From an uncultured Candidatus Saccharibacteria bacterium (GTDB lineage: Bacteria > Patescibacteriota > Dojkabacteria > SC72 > JAFGCJ01): 64,000 nucleotides of DNA. The notes under the pieces are model-generated. The model did not search any database. It saw nothing but the letters and a program-made list of their open reading frames with translations, and was not told where the DNA came from. A program made the position numbers and the translations under genes. The stretch's first letter is position 1. Each line of letters begins with the position of its first letter. The DNA lies in assembly GCA_964481345.1 (NCBI GenBank), contig CAYZTC010000001.1, positions 71,766-135,765 of the forward strand, given 5' to 3'. Below are positions 28,597 through 38,789 of the stretch, in pieces.

Positions 28597-30462
28597 ATGA
28601 AGAATTTTTCTTATACAAATATTCGTAAGGCATACTTAGATTTCATTATAAGCAAAGGACATCAAGAGATCCCAAATGCCTCACTTATCCCTGAAAATGA
28701 CCCGAGCATTCTTTTCATAAACTCAGGAATGACACCGCTTGTCCCATTTCTTATGGGAGAAAAACATCCAGCCGGAACAAGGCTAACCAACATTCAAAGA
28801 AGTCTCAGGACTGTTGATATTGATGAAATTGGTGATGAATGGCATTGTACTGCCTTTGAAATGCTTGGAAATTGGTCCCTAAACGACTACTTTAAGGAAG
28901 AAGCTATTAACTTTACCGTTGAGTTTTACACTGAGATATTAGGAATGGATATCAACAAAATATATGCTTCTGTATTCGGAGGAGATAACCAGGCTCCCAA
29001 AGACGAAGAGTCTATAAGAGTATGGACTGACATCTATAAACACAAAGGTATCGATGCAAAATTTGGAGATAGAGAAAGAATTCAGCCATTTGGAAAAAAA
29101 GAAAACTGGTGGGAATTATCTGGCGGCGGGCCTTGTGGACCGGATTCAGAAATTTTCTATGACACAGGAAAAGATCCATGTGGAGACAAATGCAACGTCA
29201 ACTGTAACTGCGGAAAATACGTAGAGATTGGAAACAACGTTTTCATGGAATATCTTAAAGAGGGGGATAGCTACAAAGACCTCGGTAGACACAATGTTGA
29301 TTTTGGTGGAGGACTTATAAGAATCGCAGGAATGCTTCAAAACAAAGATAGCTATTACGAAGTAGATATAATTAAACCGATACTAGATAAAGTAAATGAA
29401 CTATCAAAAGACCCGAATATCAGGTCCAAAAGAATCATCGTAGACCATATCAACTCCGCCACATGGATCATTATGGATGGTGTGGTACCAGGAAGAAACG
29501 AGAGAGAGTATGTCCTCAGAAGATTGATCAGAAGAGCAATCAGACATGGGAAACTCATCGGAATAGAAAAACAGTTCACGAGAGAAGTTGCAGAGGTTTG
29601 CATTAAACAGTTTAAGCAACTCTATCCACAGCTATCCAAACAGAGAGAGTTTATTCTGAATATAATTGAAGAAGAGGAAAAGAAGTTTAACCAGATAAAG
29701 GACTCCAGGTCCACTGGTATAAAACAAGCTGAAATAAGAGCCACCTTACAATCAGGACCATCTGGCCCTAGCAAAACCGACACAGAAATACCTTCTAAAA
29801 TATCCGGACCAACAGGACCTACGGGTGCCACAGCCTTTTACTTATATGAAACATACGGACTTCCTCGTGAGGATTTCGAGGAGTTAATGACTCAAAAGGG
29901 AATTCCATATGACAAAAAGGATTTTAACAAACAGTATGAGAAGGAAAAAAATAAGAAGCAGGAACTCTCAAGAACATCTTCCGAAGGGCTATTTAAGGGA
30001 GGCCTTGCAGACACATCAGATATGTCTACAAAATATCACACTACCACTCACCTACTCCTTGCCGCATTAAGAAAAGTACTCGGCGATCATGTATATCAAA
30101 AAGGAAGCAATATAACTCCAGAAAGACTACGATTTGACTATCCAAGCGATAAAAAGCTTACCCCAGAGCAAGTAAAGGAAGTTGAAAAAAATGTAAACGA
30201 ACAGATTAAAAAGGGACTAGATGTAACATTCAAGGAGATGCCAAAAGAAGAAGCAACAAAACTTGTTCCAAATGCCGCGTTTGAAGATAGATATGGTGAT
30301 ACTGTAAAAGTGTACTTCATCGGACCAAAAGATAAACCATTTTCAGCCGAAATCTGCGGCGGCCCACATGTGAAAAACACCTCTGACCTAGGCAAATTCA
30401 AAATCGTTAAACAGGAAAACGTTGGGACTGGAGTAAAAAGGATTAAGGCAGTGTTGGAGTAA
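28597..30462 (+). CDS. alaS: alanine--tRNA ligase, minimal form with catalytic and editing domains and no C-Ala domain
   Basis: Conserved MKNFSYTNIRKAYLDFIISKGHQEIPNASLIP start chosen instead of the upstream ATG at 28447. Editing-domain HxxxH (TTTHLLLAAL) and CGGPHV present. A GPSGPSKT...GPTGPTGATAF insertion is unusual. Confidence 0.85.
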   Translation: MKNFSYTNIRKAYLDFIISKGHQEIPNASLIPENDPSILFINSGMTPLVPFLMGEKHPAGTRLTNIQRSLRTVDIDEIGDEWHCTAFEMLGNWSLNDYFKEEAINFTVEFYTEILGMDINKIYASVFGGDNQAPKDEESIRVWTDIYKHKGIDAKFGDRERIQPFGKKENWWELSGGGPCGPDSEIFYDTGKDPCGDKCNVNCNCGKYVEIGNNVFMEYLKEGDSYKDLGRHNVDFGGGLIRIAGMLQNKDSYYEVDIIKPILDKVNELSKDPNIRSKRIIVDHINSATWIIMDGVVPGRNEREYVLRRLIRRAIRHGKLIGIEKQFTREVAEVCIKQFKQLYPQLSKQREFILNIIEEEEKKFNQIKDSRSTGIKQAEIRATLQSGPSGPSKTDTEIPSKISGPTGPTGATAFYLYETYGLPREDFEELMTQKGIPYDKKDFNKQYEKEKNKKQELSRTSSEGLFKGGLADTSDMSTKYHTTTHLLLAALRKVLGDHVYQKGSNITPERLRFDYPSDKKLTPEQVKEVEKNVNEQIKKGLDVTFKEMPKEEATKLVPNAAFEDRYGDTVKVYFIGPKDKPFSAEICGGPHVKNTSDLGKFKIVKQENVGTGVKRIKAVLE

Positions 30463-30960
30463 ACGTCTTCATCTCGCTTCGCTCGATTTCGCCGATTTGA
30501 AATATTCGTTCAATTATCAGTAGATTACTATGCTTCGTCGTGACTTACCACAAATGAATAGATCGGACTCATACAACCCCCTCAACCGTACACCCCGAAC
30601 CCACCATTAGCAGGGATAGGAGATCTTAAGCCTTATGTGTAAGATTCTATCCCCCGCGCTCACAGAGCTGCGGGGTCCAGAATATGCGACTTTGTGTATT
30701 GCGCTGGTGTTAAGAGAATTAAAGCGGTATTGGAGTAAGTTATATTCGTACAACGACTTTTCAAGTTACTAAATTTCTCGTGACTTACTACATATGGTTT
30801 TACCATCAACTTCCTCAACAGTACACCATGGACCTCACAAAACGAGGGGGTAGGATCTCAAAACGAAGGTGTAAGACTCTATCGCGATGCTCCAGAGTAT
30901 GCAGGGTACATAGCTAGAGCTAAACGAATCGGGGTGGTACTGGAATGACTCTATAGGGTT
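30440..30960 (+). repeat. tandem ~230-bp direct repeat (about 2.2 copies) beginning inside the alaS 3' end
   Basis: The last alaS codons and stop (GCAGTGTTGGAGTAA, AVLE*) recur as GCGGTATTGGAGTAA at 30722-30736 and GGGGTGGTACTGGAATGA at 30931-30948. Units align with recognisable but diverged blocks, for example GTGACTTAC(C/T)ACA and TCAAC(C/A)GTACACC. Confidence 0.6.
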
Positions 30961-31037
30961 TATTTCCCAAAGATTTCACTATATAATACAACCGTTGTTT
31001 AACAGTTAGCCCAACTAGCCCGGAAGGAGATAGAAAC

Positions 31038-31322
31038 ATGAATGACTTGGACATCAAACGGATTGGTGATAAAATATTCATAAGAGAACCTCTTCAAATT
31101 CTAAACGAAATTTGGGATTTGACTAGTAATTCGGAAGTCGGTAATGATTTCACCTGTGAGATTCTCAAAGAATACAATCCTCCATTAATGGTTATCCAGA
31201 CGAATATTCCAGCAGACAACCCTGAAAGGGATAAAGCTATAAATCTCGGATACAGTCTATTACTCAACAATCTTGCAGAGAATATCCAAAAAATAAAATT
31301 GGATGATTGCACAATTGAGTAA
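31038..31322 (+). CDS. small hypothetical protein (94 aa)
   Basis: Consensus SD GGAAGGAGA 8 nt upstream of the ATG. An intrinsic terminator follows immediately. Confidence 0.5.
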   Translation: MNDLDIKRIGDKIFIREPLQILNEIWDLTSNSEVGNDFTCEILKEYNPPLMVIQTNIPADNPERDKAINLGYSLLLNNLAENIQKIKLDDCTIE

Positions 31323-31330
31323 CTCCCAAA

Positions 31331-31371
31331 AGATGTAGCCATAAGGGCTAAATGGCTACATCTTAAATTTT
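31331..31371 (+). terminator. rho-independent terminator
   Basis: Perfect 12-bp stem AGATGTAGCCAT-aagggctaa-ATGGCTACATCT followed by TTAAATTTT. Confidence 0.6.
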
Positions 31372-31949
31372 CAGACCTTACTTCACCCACCATACATTAC
31401 CGATATTTCTGGCCACTGATATTTACACACCCTTATTAAAGAGAAAAACTGAATTAAGTCAGCTAGTTTATTTATTCCTCCATGCCAGAATCTATCCACT
31501 TGATTATGAGGGCTAGAATTAGGTAGTTTATCTCATCATAGTAATTCAAATGGATAGACTCTATCGTCGCCCCGCCATCGGCGGGGACTCCTCCAGAGAT
31601 ACATTTTAATATAGTCGGAAATCGAGCAAATTGTGGATAACGGGGACAGGCCCCATTGAATTCAATCAGTTTATCCCGCTCTGTGAGGAGAGACTCTATC
31701 GGATCCTCCTTCGTCGGATGCCTCCAGAGTATGCAGGGTACTTGAGGCATATCAACCTCATCCCAAACCTGTCAATATGGCTAGAGTCCCCATTCACAGC
31801 AACATGTGAACATATTACTTCTAATGATGGGTCATATATGCAACTGAAAACTAACCAAACCGCACACTCTGGAGCCCTGGAGCTTGCGATAGAGTCTCAC
31901 TCATAGTTTCCAACAGTTCTCAACCCTTTCTGTTACAATTATTCCTACC

Positions 31950-32360
31950 ATGAAAACACTAGGTATAGATTTTGGAGAAAAGAGAGTTGGGATAGCTATT
32001 TCTGATAAAAAGGGAATAATCGCTGAACCATTATCTGTTATCCAAAGAAAGTCTGACGAAAAGGTATTAGAAACCATTTCTAAAATCTGCACTGATAAAC
32101 AGGTTAAACAGATAGTCATCGGCATTCCCCTATCCGCAAATGAGCAAGTTCAGAACAGATATAAGTCATTCTCACAGAAAATTGAAACAGTAACCGGAAT
32201 AAAACCGAATTTCTGGGATGAAACCTTCTCTACAAAGCAAGCCCAAAATATGGTAGCATTTTTGGAGCCGGGCGATAAAAAGCGCAGGACTAAAACCCAC
32301 AGGGATAATGTTGCTGCAGCAGTAATATTACAGGAATTCCTTGATGATCAAAAAAAATAA
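31950..32360 (+). CDS. ruvX: Holliday junction resolvase-like RuvX/YqgF
   Basis: MKTLGIDFGEKRVGIAISD RNase H-like start; 136 aa. Confidence 0.85.
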   Translation: MKTLGIDFGEKRVGIAISDKKGIIAEPLSVIQRKSDEKVLETISKICTDKQVKQIVIGIPLSANEQVQNRYKSFSQKIETVTGIKPNFWDETFSTKQAQNMVAFLEPGDKKRRTKTHRDNVAAAVILQEFLDDQKK

Positions 32361-33381
32361 GTTCCCAATTGGCCTGGCATCAGTATCCTTCATACTTTTG
32401 ACTCTCTCTCTTTTCTTCTATCTCGACTATAAAAACTCAATAACTAGACCTGTATCAGATAGTTCTGAACTTATTAACTTTTCAATAGAAGAAGGTCAAT
32501 CCACTAAAGATATCGCTGCAAACCTATTAGATGCAGAACTTATAACAAGTTCTATATATTTCGAAATATATGTGAGGCAGAATAACCTTGCGGCAAATCT
32601 CCAAGCAGGTAGTTTTCAGATTCCAGGAAATGTCACAATGGAAGAACTTTCAGAAATCCTGCAGATAGCATATGAGCAAGACGTATGGGTAATAATACCT
32701 GAAGGACTTACCAAAATTGAAATTGCAGATCTGCTTGCTGATGGATTTTCAGATGTAGAAAACCCATCTTTTATAAGAAATGAGTTTATTACTTTAACTG
32801 AGACTACTGATCCTGTACAAAATGCAGGCTTAACAATTCCAGCTGGAAAAAATTGCGAAGGCTATTTGTTTCCGGATACATACAGGTTTTCACCTGATTC
32901 AACAGCACAATCGGTACTTGAAACACTGATAAGCAATTTCAAGATAAAAATATATGATGAGTACTACAAGGAAATCGAGAGTTCCGGATACAGCCTTTAT
33001 GAAGTCCTAATACTTGCGTCCATAATCGAAAGAGAAACAAAAAATTCTGATGATAGACCTCTTGCAGCTGACATTTTGGAAAGAAGACTAAATGATGGAT
33101 GGGCACTTGAGGTAGATGCCACCCTCCTATACCACTTCCAAGATTGGGAGTATGACATATCTTCTGAGGATTTAAAAATCGATACCCCCTACAACACTAG
33201 AATATATCAAGGTCTCACACCGACACCCATCTGCAACCCAGGAGAAGAAAGTATTGATGCAGTACTTAACCCGCAATCAAATGACTATTGGTTTTATGTA
33301 AGTGATGAGGAAGGCGATTTACACTACGGAAAGACTATTGACGAGCATAATCAAAATATTCAACAATACCTAAGCCCATGA
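32341..33381 (+). CDS. mltG: endolytic murein transglycosylase MltG (YceG family)
   Basis: N-terminal TM helix, then the YceG-like domain (LYEVLILASIIERET). Confidence 0.8.
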   Translation: MMIKKNKFPIGLASVSFILLTLSLFFYLDYKNSITRPVSDSSELINFSIEEGQSTKDIAANLLDAELITSSIYFEIYVRQNNLAANLQAGSFQIPGNVTMEELSEILQIAYEQDVWVIIPEGLTKIEIADLLADGFSDVENPSFIRNEFITLTETTDPVQNAGLTIPAGKNCEGYLFPDTYRFSPDSTAQSVLETLISNFKIKIYDEYYKEIESSGYSLYEVLILASIIERETKNSDDRPLAADILERRLNDGWALEVDATLLYHFQDWEYDISSEDLKIDTPYNTRIYQGLTPTPICNPGEESIDAVLNPQSNDYWFYVSDEEGDLHYGKTIDEHNQNIQQYLSP

Positions 33382-34790
33382 AGACAGTAAATATAGATTT
33401 TGCGGAGACAGGCAAAAGATCGCCCAAAGCAAAAAATCCAAATAAAAGAAAAAAATTAAAAAAGGTAATAATCGCAATAATCATCTTGCTAATGCTTTGT
33501 GGCACAGGATACTACATTCTCAGGATACTTGGAATCATCTCAGATACCGGAATAAATCTAAATCCATTCGATACGATAAGAAACCTTATTGCAAAAGAAA
33601 AGGCTGAGCTAAAAAAAGACGATGAGGGACGTACAAATACACTATTTGTAGGAATAGATACACGACCATCCAGTCCAGGACTAAGAAATACCGACACTGT
33701 AATAGTTGCAAGCTACAACCACAACACAAAAGAAGCTTTGCTCATCTCTATCCCAAGAGATATGTGGGTTGCACACCCGTACAATGAGACATACCACTCA
33801 AAAATAAATGCAGTCTACAACTCATGCGAAAATCAAGAGGAAGAATCGGGCCTTGAATGTCTGACTGACGTAGCATCCACTGTCACAAACCTTGATATCC
33901 ATTATTCCGCAATGCTCGATATTTCTGGACTTATCGAGGTTGTCGACATACTTGGCGGTGTGGAGGTTGATGTAGAAAATGCATTTACTGACTACATGTT
34001 TCCAAATGATGAACATGGATACACAATTGTAAGCTTTGAGGCTGGTTCACAAATAATGGATGGTGAAGCAGCAATGCAATATGCCCGCTCAAGGCACGCT
34101 CAAGGACCAGAAGGCTCAGACTTTGCAAGAGCAAGAAGACAGCAAAAGCTCATAATATCAATTGTAGAAAAAATAGCATCAATTGAAACATACTCTAACC
34201 CATCCAAGATAATGGACATTACCGAACAAGTCGGTGAAAATTTAAAATTTTCAGAAACAACAACAGAAGACATCCGTGCGGCAATAGATATTGGGAAGGA
34301 GATGGATACCGAAGATGTCTACAGTGTAGTACTTGATCCAAGTATTGGAAACTGGAGCATAGTTACAGAGGACCCTTCCACGGCATACATACTTTATCCA
34401 GAGCTTGGAATAGACGTATGGGATGACATACATAAATTCATTAACTCCTCTATTTCATATCCTGGAATGTATGACGAAGAGGCAAAAATTTATGTATATA
34501 ACGGAGGATTGGGATATGAGGCTACCTACTCAGAGGTCGAAGAGATGCTTGAGAAATACCCATTCACAGACATTACTTTTGGAGGAGATATGGCAAGCCA
34601 AGATTATGAAGGAGTGTTAATACTAAGCTTTATCGAGGAAACAAAGTATCACACCATTTCAGAACTAGAGAGCTATTTCGAAACGACCTATTCCTCAGAT
34701 CAAGACCAAGAAATATCTGCTATATACAGTGAAGATATAATGATAATTCTGGGAATAGAACAAACTGCCGAACCTACATCAGAAGAATAA
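33378..34790 (+). CDS. LytR-CpsA-Psr (LCP) family protein
   Basis: TM anchor and LCP core TLFVGIDTR...RNTDTVIVASYN...ISIPRD. Confidence 0.8.
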   Translation: MKTVNIDFAETGKRSPKAKNPNKRKKLKKVIIAIIILLMLCGTGYYILRILGIISDTGINLNPFDTIRNLIAKEKAELKKDDEGRTNTLFVGIDTRPSSPGLRNTDTVIVASYNHNTKEALLISIPRDMWVAHPYNETYHSKINAVYNSCENQEEESGLECLTDVASTVTNLDIHYSAMLDISGLIEVVDILGGVEVDVENAFTDYMFPNDEHGYTIVSFEAGSQIMDGEAAMQYARSRHAQGPEGSDFARARRQQKLIISIVEKIASIETYSNPSKIMDITEQVGENLKFSETTTEDIRAAIDIGKEMDTEDVYSVVLDPSIGNWSIVTEDPSTAYILYPELGIDVWDDIHKFINSSISYPGMYDEEAKIYVYNGGLGYEATYSEVEEMLEKYPFTDITFGGDMASQDYEGVLILSFIEETKYHTISELESYFETTYSSDQDQEISAIYSEDIMIILGIEQTAEPTSEE

Positions 34791-34792
34791 AT

Positions 34793-35740
34793 ATGTTTTA
34801 TCTTTTTCATGGAAAAAATAGCTACTTAAGCTTCAAAGAAGCAAAATCCCTGTTAGAAAAAGTACGAGAAAAAAGAGAAAAACAATCAAAGGCCATTGAT
34901 GAAATTACGCTAGATGGCTCAAGCCAAAAGTTTGAAAAAATAATAAATGAGGTAGAGACACCATCATTTTTCAGCACCCACAAAATTATTTTTCTCAAAA
35001 GACCTACTGATAACAAAGAAAAGGTCAAGATAAAAGACTGGATTATCGAAATGGTCCAAAATACCCCTAAAAGAAGAGGGATCGACATGGTGATATGGGA
35101 AGACAAAAAGATTAGGTCAAACTCTAAACTTCTCAAATCCTTTGGAAAAAATACGTGGGAAAGCCCAAATTTAAAGCCAAGATCATTTACAAAATGGGCA
35201 AATGATGAGATTAAAAAAGAAAAATTCCAAATTGACAGGGATGCCATTGATATGCTCTCCCAAAGGGTTAATTACGAACCAGAAAGATTTTTTCATGAGG
35301 TTGAAAAACTGAGATTACTTAATAAAGAAAAGATTACTGTAGAAGATATTGAAAAGGTGGCACCCGATACACTCGAGCACAGTATATGGGATCTTATTGA
35401 TTCTATAAATGACGGTAAAAGAGAAAAGGCCGGTGAACTACTGAATAATCTAATACAGCAAGGAAACGACCCTTACTATATATTGTCTATGTTATCTCGA
35501 AATATGCGAATAATCCTACTTACAAAATTACTGCTCAAAAGAGAAATGTCATCATCAGAAATTGCAAAACACATAGGTACTCATCCTTTTGTCATCAGTA
35601 AGGTAAAAAATAAGTCAAGAAATATTGAAATTGAAAGGATAAAGAAGATCTATGAAAAACTAGTAAGCATAGATTACTCTACAAAGACAGGACAAATCGA
35701 GATTGAACTTGCCTTAAACATTCTAATAAGTGTAATATAA
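34793..35740 (+). CDS. holA: DNA polymerase III delta subunit
   Basis: Size (315 aa), MFYLFHGKNSYL start and a C-terminal helical domain typical of HolA. Moderate sequence signal. Confidence 0.7.
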   Translation: MFYLFHGKNSYLSFKEAKSLLEKVREKREKQSKAIDEITLDGSSQKFEKIINEVETPSFFSTHKIIFLKRPTDNKEKVKIKDWIIEMVQNTPKRRGIDMVIWEDKKIRSNSKLLKSFGKNTWESPNLKPRSFTKWANDEIKKEKFQIDRDAIDMLSQRVNYEPERFFHEVEKLRLLNKEKITVEDIEKVAPDTLEHSIWDLIDSINDGKREKAGELLNNLIQQGNDPYYILSMLSRNMRIILLTKLLLKREMSSSEIAKHIGTHPFVISKVKNKSRNIEIERIKKIYEKLVSIDYSTKTGQIEIELALNILISVI

Positions 35741-35744
35741 AAGC

Positions 35745-37652
35745 ATGCCCGAGGAACCAAAACGTCCTAAAAACTTAATCGCATTTATAATATTCATCAT
35801 TGTCGTACTTATTGCGGCCGGTGGTGCTATTTACTACTACATCAACCAAACACTAAACTTCGCACCTTCAGTGGAAGACGCGGCTACAGTACCCTGTAGA
35901 TGTAAGTGGGTATCAGAGGACGACGAAACTTATGTATTTGCTGAGGCATCAGGCCATCTTCAAGGTGATACCTGTGTATTTCCCGAATCATATGAAATAG
36001 GTGGAGTTGATGTAGAACAGTGTTCGGATATAACAGAACTTGATGAAGTTGACACTTTAAAATCAACCACAACATCCGGAACACTTGGGCCCGGTGTTAT
36101 TGCAATGTCAAGCGATCCCATACAGCCACCCGCCATACTTAGTGAAGATAATCAGACAGTAACATTCACCGTCGACTTTTCTCTCTATACACTAGATGAA
36201 CCACTTGAATACACCCAAGCAGAAATGCAAGTAACCTATCCTGATGTTGACGATTCTCCTGAACCATTGCTTGCCTCTCTTACAGAAGATAATACGACAA
36301 TATATACTTACATTGAAAACGGACAAACGGTAACAGGGTACAGAGTCACGTTTTTATCTACCTGGAACGAAGTCTTAAATTACGGTGAAAGCGGTTTGTA
36401 CAAGGTCTCATTCAGGGCTATGGATAGTAATGAAGTTTGGACAGACGAGTCAACCGGTACATTACAATTTGTCATGGGAGATGCAGCAACAGCAGGATAC
36501 TACTGCAATAATGTTGACATTGTACAAACAAGAACCACTGAATATGCAAACGTCACAATTACAGCGCTAGCGAATCTACCTGAAGGACATGAGGCAACAT
36601 ATACATGGAGCCTTGATGTTGACTGCAGTGAGAATGTAGATGATGACGAGGAATTTACCAGCACGACAGACTCAATTACAAAAGAGTTTACCTACCCTTC
36701 AGGCAGTACTGGAGAAGTTGAGTGTCCGGCATCTGTCACTATCGAGCTAGACGACGGGACAGATATTGAAGATAGATCTGAAGAGAGCTGTTCTGGAGTT
36801 GTCACTCTAACCCCACTTTCTGAAATGTGTGGAGATGGAGTATTCGATGAAGACGAGGAGTGCGACCCAGGAATTGAAGAGGGAGAAGATGATTACATAG
36901 CAAACTGTCAGGATGACTGTACTGTACTTGATACCGGGGAGGCTGACGAAGGTGATGAGGAGGAAGAAGATGGAGACTTAACTACAGATATCAGCATTAC
37001 CCAAACATGCCCATCATGTGTCAGTATCGCTGAGGCATCACCTACTGCAGATATCACTGTTACAGTAACAAACAGTGGAGACGCCTCACAAACAGTAAGG
37101 GCAGTCTCAAATACACTACCACAAGGATTCAGTTATTCAGAAGGAAGCAGTAGTGTAAACCAAATCGAAAATGCAACAGATGAAGGAATTACAGTAGAAA
37201 CATCTGGAGAAAGCCAGCTTATTACTTGGGATAATGACGGAAATGGGTGGGCTGTCACAGGTGGAGGTGGAACTTTGACAATAGCGTTCACATCAGATGT
37301 AGACAATGATGTAGATGAAGGTACATATACAAATACAGTCACAGTAACACCGGCCAATGCTGACCCCATACAGTCAGAGAGTGGGATTGTCCTTGCGCAA
37401 AGTTGTGAACAACCCGAGACCGCACTTTTTGATAGAAGTATTCAGCCGATACTGATAGGCACATCCTTCTTACTTCTTGCTTCACTTGCATATTACACAG
37501 GATTTGGAACAAGAAGATTTGCAAAGCTAATAGATGTGGTATCGGAAATGAGCTTAACCATAACTCAACCTCAAAAATTTAGAGAAAAGAAAATCGAAAG
37601 AAAGGCCTTAAAAGAAATAAAGAAAAGTACAAAATCTAAAGCTCGGAAGTAG
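35745..37652 (+). CDS. surface protein with N-terminal TM anchor, Cys-rich acidic module, DUF11-like repeats and C-terminal TM helix
   Basis: MCGDGVFDEDEECDPG module. DUF11-like ITVTVTNSGDASQTV and TVTVTPANADP. C-terminal TM segment ILIGTSFLLLASLAYY with an RRF tail. Confidence 0.5.
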   Translation: MPEEPKRPKNLIAFIIFIIVVLIAAGGAIYYYINQTLNFAPSVEDAATVPCRCKWVSEDDETYVFAEASGHLQGDTCVFPESYEIGGVDVEQCSDITELDEVDTLKSTTTSGTLGPGVIAMSSDPIQPPAILSEDNQTVTFTVDFSLYTLDEPLEYTQAEMQVTYPDVDDSPEPLLASLTEDNTTIYTYIENGQTVTGYRVTFLSTWNEVLNYGESGLYKVSFRAMDSNEVWTDESTGTLQFVMGDAATAGYYCNNVDIVQTRTTEYANVTITALANLPEGHEATYTWSLDVDCSENVDDDEEFTSTTDSITKEFTYPSGSTGEVECPASVTIELDDGTDIEDRSEESCSGVVTLTPLSEMCGDGVFDEDEECDPGIEEGEDDYIANCQDDCTVLDTGEADEGDEEEEDGDLTTDISITQTCPSCVSIAEASPTADITVTVTNSGDASQTVRAVSNTLPQGFSYSEGSSSVNQIENATDEGITVETSGESQLITWDNDGNGWAVTGGGGTLTIAFTSDVDNDVDEGTYTNTVTVTPANADPIQSESGIVLAQSCEQPETALFDRSIQPILIGTSFLLLASLAYYTGFGTRRFAKLIDVVSEMSLTITQPQKFREKKIERKALKEIKKSTKSKARK

Positions 37653-38046
37653 TAAGGACCTCAAGTGCACGACCATCCCTACCAAAAGCAACATTTTCAG
37701 ACATTACGTAAAAATAATACTTCTTTCCAGCAGTAAGTCCACTTACCATAGTTTGATGGCTTGTCCTTGGTTCAGTACCGTTGACATCTTGAGCAATTAA
37801 GCTGAGAGAATTACTAGTATTCCCGTATTTAACAAAACCAGTTGCTTCACTTTCAGTCCTCCACTCTACTGTAAAAGAAGTTGATGTTACATTTTCAATT
37901 TTCATATTCACTGGACGAATTGCATCAAGCTCGCTTAAGTCATCCTGAGAGTCAGAACCACCATTTGAAAAGAAAACAAGATATGACACTATTGATCCAG
38001 CAATAACAATAACTCCAATAATTATCCAGGGAATATATTTTTTCAT
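37636..38046 (-). CDS. TM-anchored fibronectin type III domain protein
   Basis: TM helix, then a Pur_ac_phosph_N/FN3-like domain (TSTSFTVEWRTESEATGFVKYG). Confidence 0.5.
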   Translation of the reverse strand: MKKYIPWIIIGVIVIAGSIVSYLVFFSNGGSDSQDDLSELDAIRPVNMKIENVTSTSFTVEWRTESEATGFVKYGNTSNSLSLIAQDVNGTEPRTSHQTMVSGLTAGKKYYFYVMSENVAFGRDGRALEVLTTSEL

Positions 38047-38789
38047 ATTTTTGATTTCCTACGTTTTACTGTAAGCCCATTGTCAAATTCAAAACTTGTC
38101 TGTCTTCCAAGTGCAAATTCAATCTTCCTCGAAAATCTGTCTGTCAGCTGATATTTTGAGTCAAGCCAGAAATACAGTCCCAACACTAATATTGCAAATC
38201 CAAACGATATCCCAACGAACAATCCCATGCCTGCAGTATCAGGAAGCTCTGTGTCTGTCTCACCCAGTACAATAGGCTGACTAATTGTAGTACTACTTTC
38301 CGGTGTTGTTTCAAATCCATAATCTTCCAACTGAGATGTCTCTTCCTGTTCTTCAAGTGCTTCTTCCGTCCCTTCATCAACAATTGCAGCTTCAACTTCA
38401 ATGTTAAACTTCTGAGAACCTAGCCATTTTCCATCACTGACTTTTATGGTAACAGAGTGTGCACCAACGGAACTCGATGTTGGGGTCCCAGAAAACATAT
38501 TTCTCTCCTCATCCCACTCAAGCCATATTGGCTTTTGATCTACGATAAAATCCAATTCAGATACATCAGCTAAATCGTTATCTATCGCTTTAACTATATA
38601 GTTATATTCTTCGTTTACAGTTGCTATGGTGACTGGTACCGAAACAATCTGGGGAGTAGAAGCATTTCCGTCATCTTCCTCTGATGCACGATCTCTTAAA
38701 TCAAATTCACCTGTAACTAAAGAATACACCGTCACAGGGACGGCAAATGCCAAAATGAAAAGCACTATAGCTACATACACCTTTTTCAC
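38043..38789 (-). CDS. surface protein with cadherin-like (dystroglycan-type/He_PIG) domain and C-terminal TM anchor
   Basis: Signal peptide. Domain signature VNEEYNYIVKAIDNDLADVSELDF...FSGTPTSSSVGAHSVTIKVSDG. C-terminal TM helix. Confidence 0.5.
   Translation of the reverse strand: MKKVYVAIVLFILAFAVPVTVYSLVTGEFDLRDRASEEDDGNASTPQIVSVPVTIATVNEEYNYIVKAIDNDLADVSELDFIVDQKPIWLEWDEERNMFSGTPTSSSVGAHSVTIKVSDGKWLGSQKFNIEVEAAIVDEGTEEALEEQEETSQLEDYGFETTPESSTTISQPIVLGETDTELPDTAGMGLFVGISFGFAILVLGLYFWLDSKYQLTDRFSRKIEFALGRQTSFEFDNGLTVKRRKSKI

Noticed and set aside
30637-31905. CRISPR array
   Set aside because: Repeat spacing is irregular (137-681 nt). The conserved parts flank variable hairpins rather than being constant repeats separated by spacers. 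One copy is inverted.
31472-31906. 92-aa (-) and 91-aa (+) ORFs overlapping each other in the motif-rich region
   Set aside because: They overlap on opposite strands, have no RBS, and are built across the repeated motif copies. Treated as non-coding.
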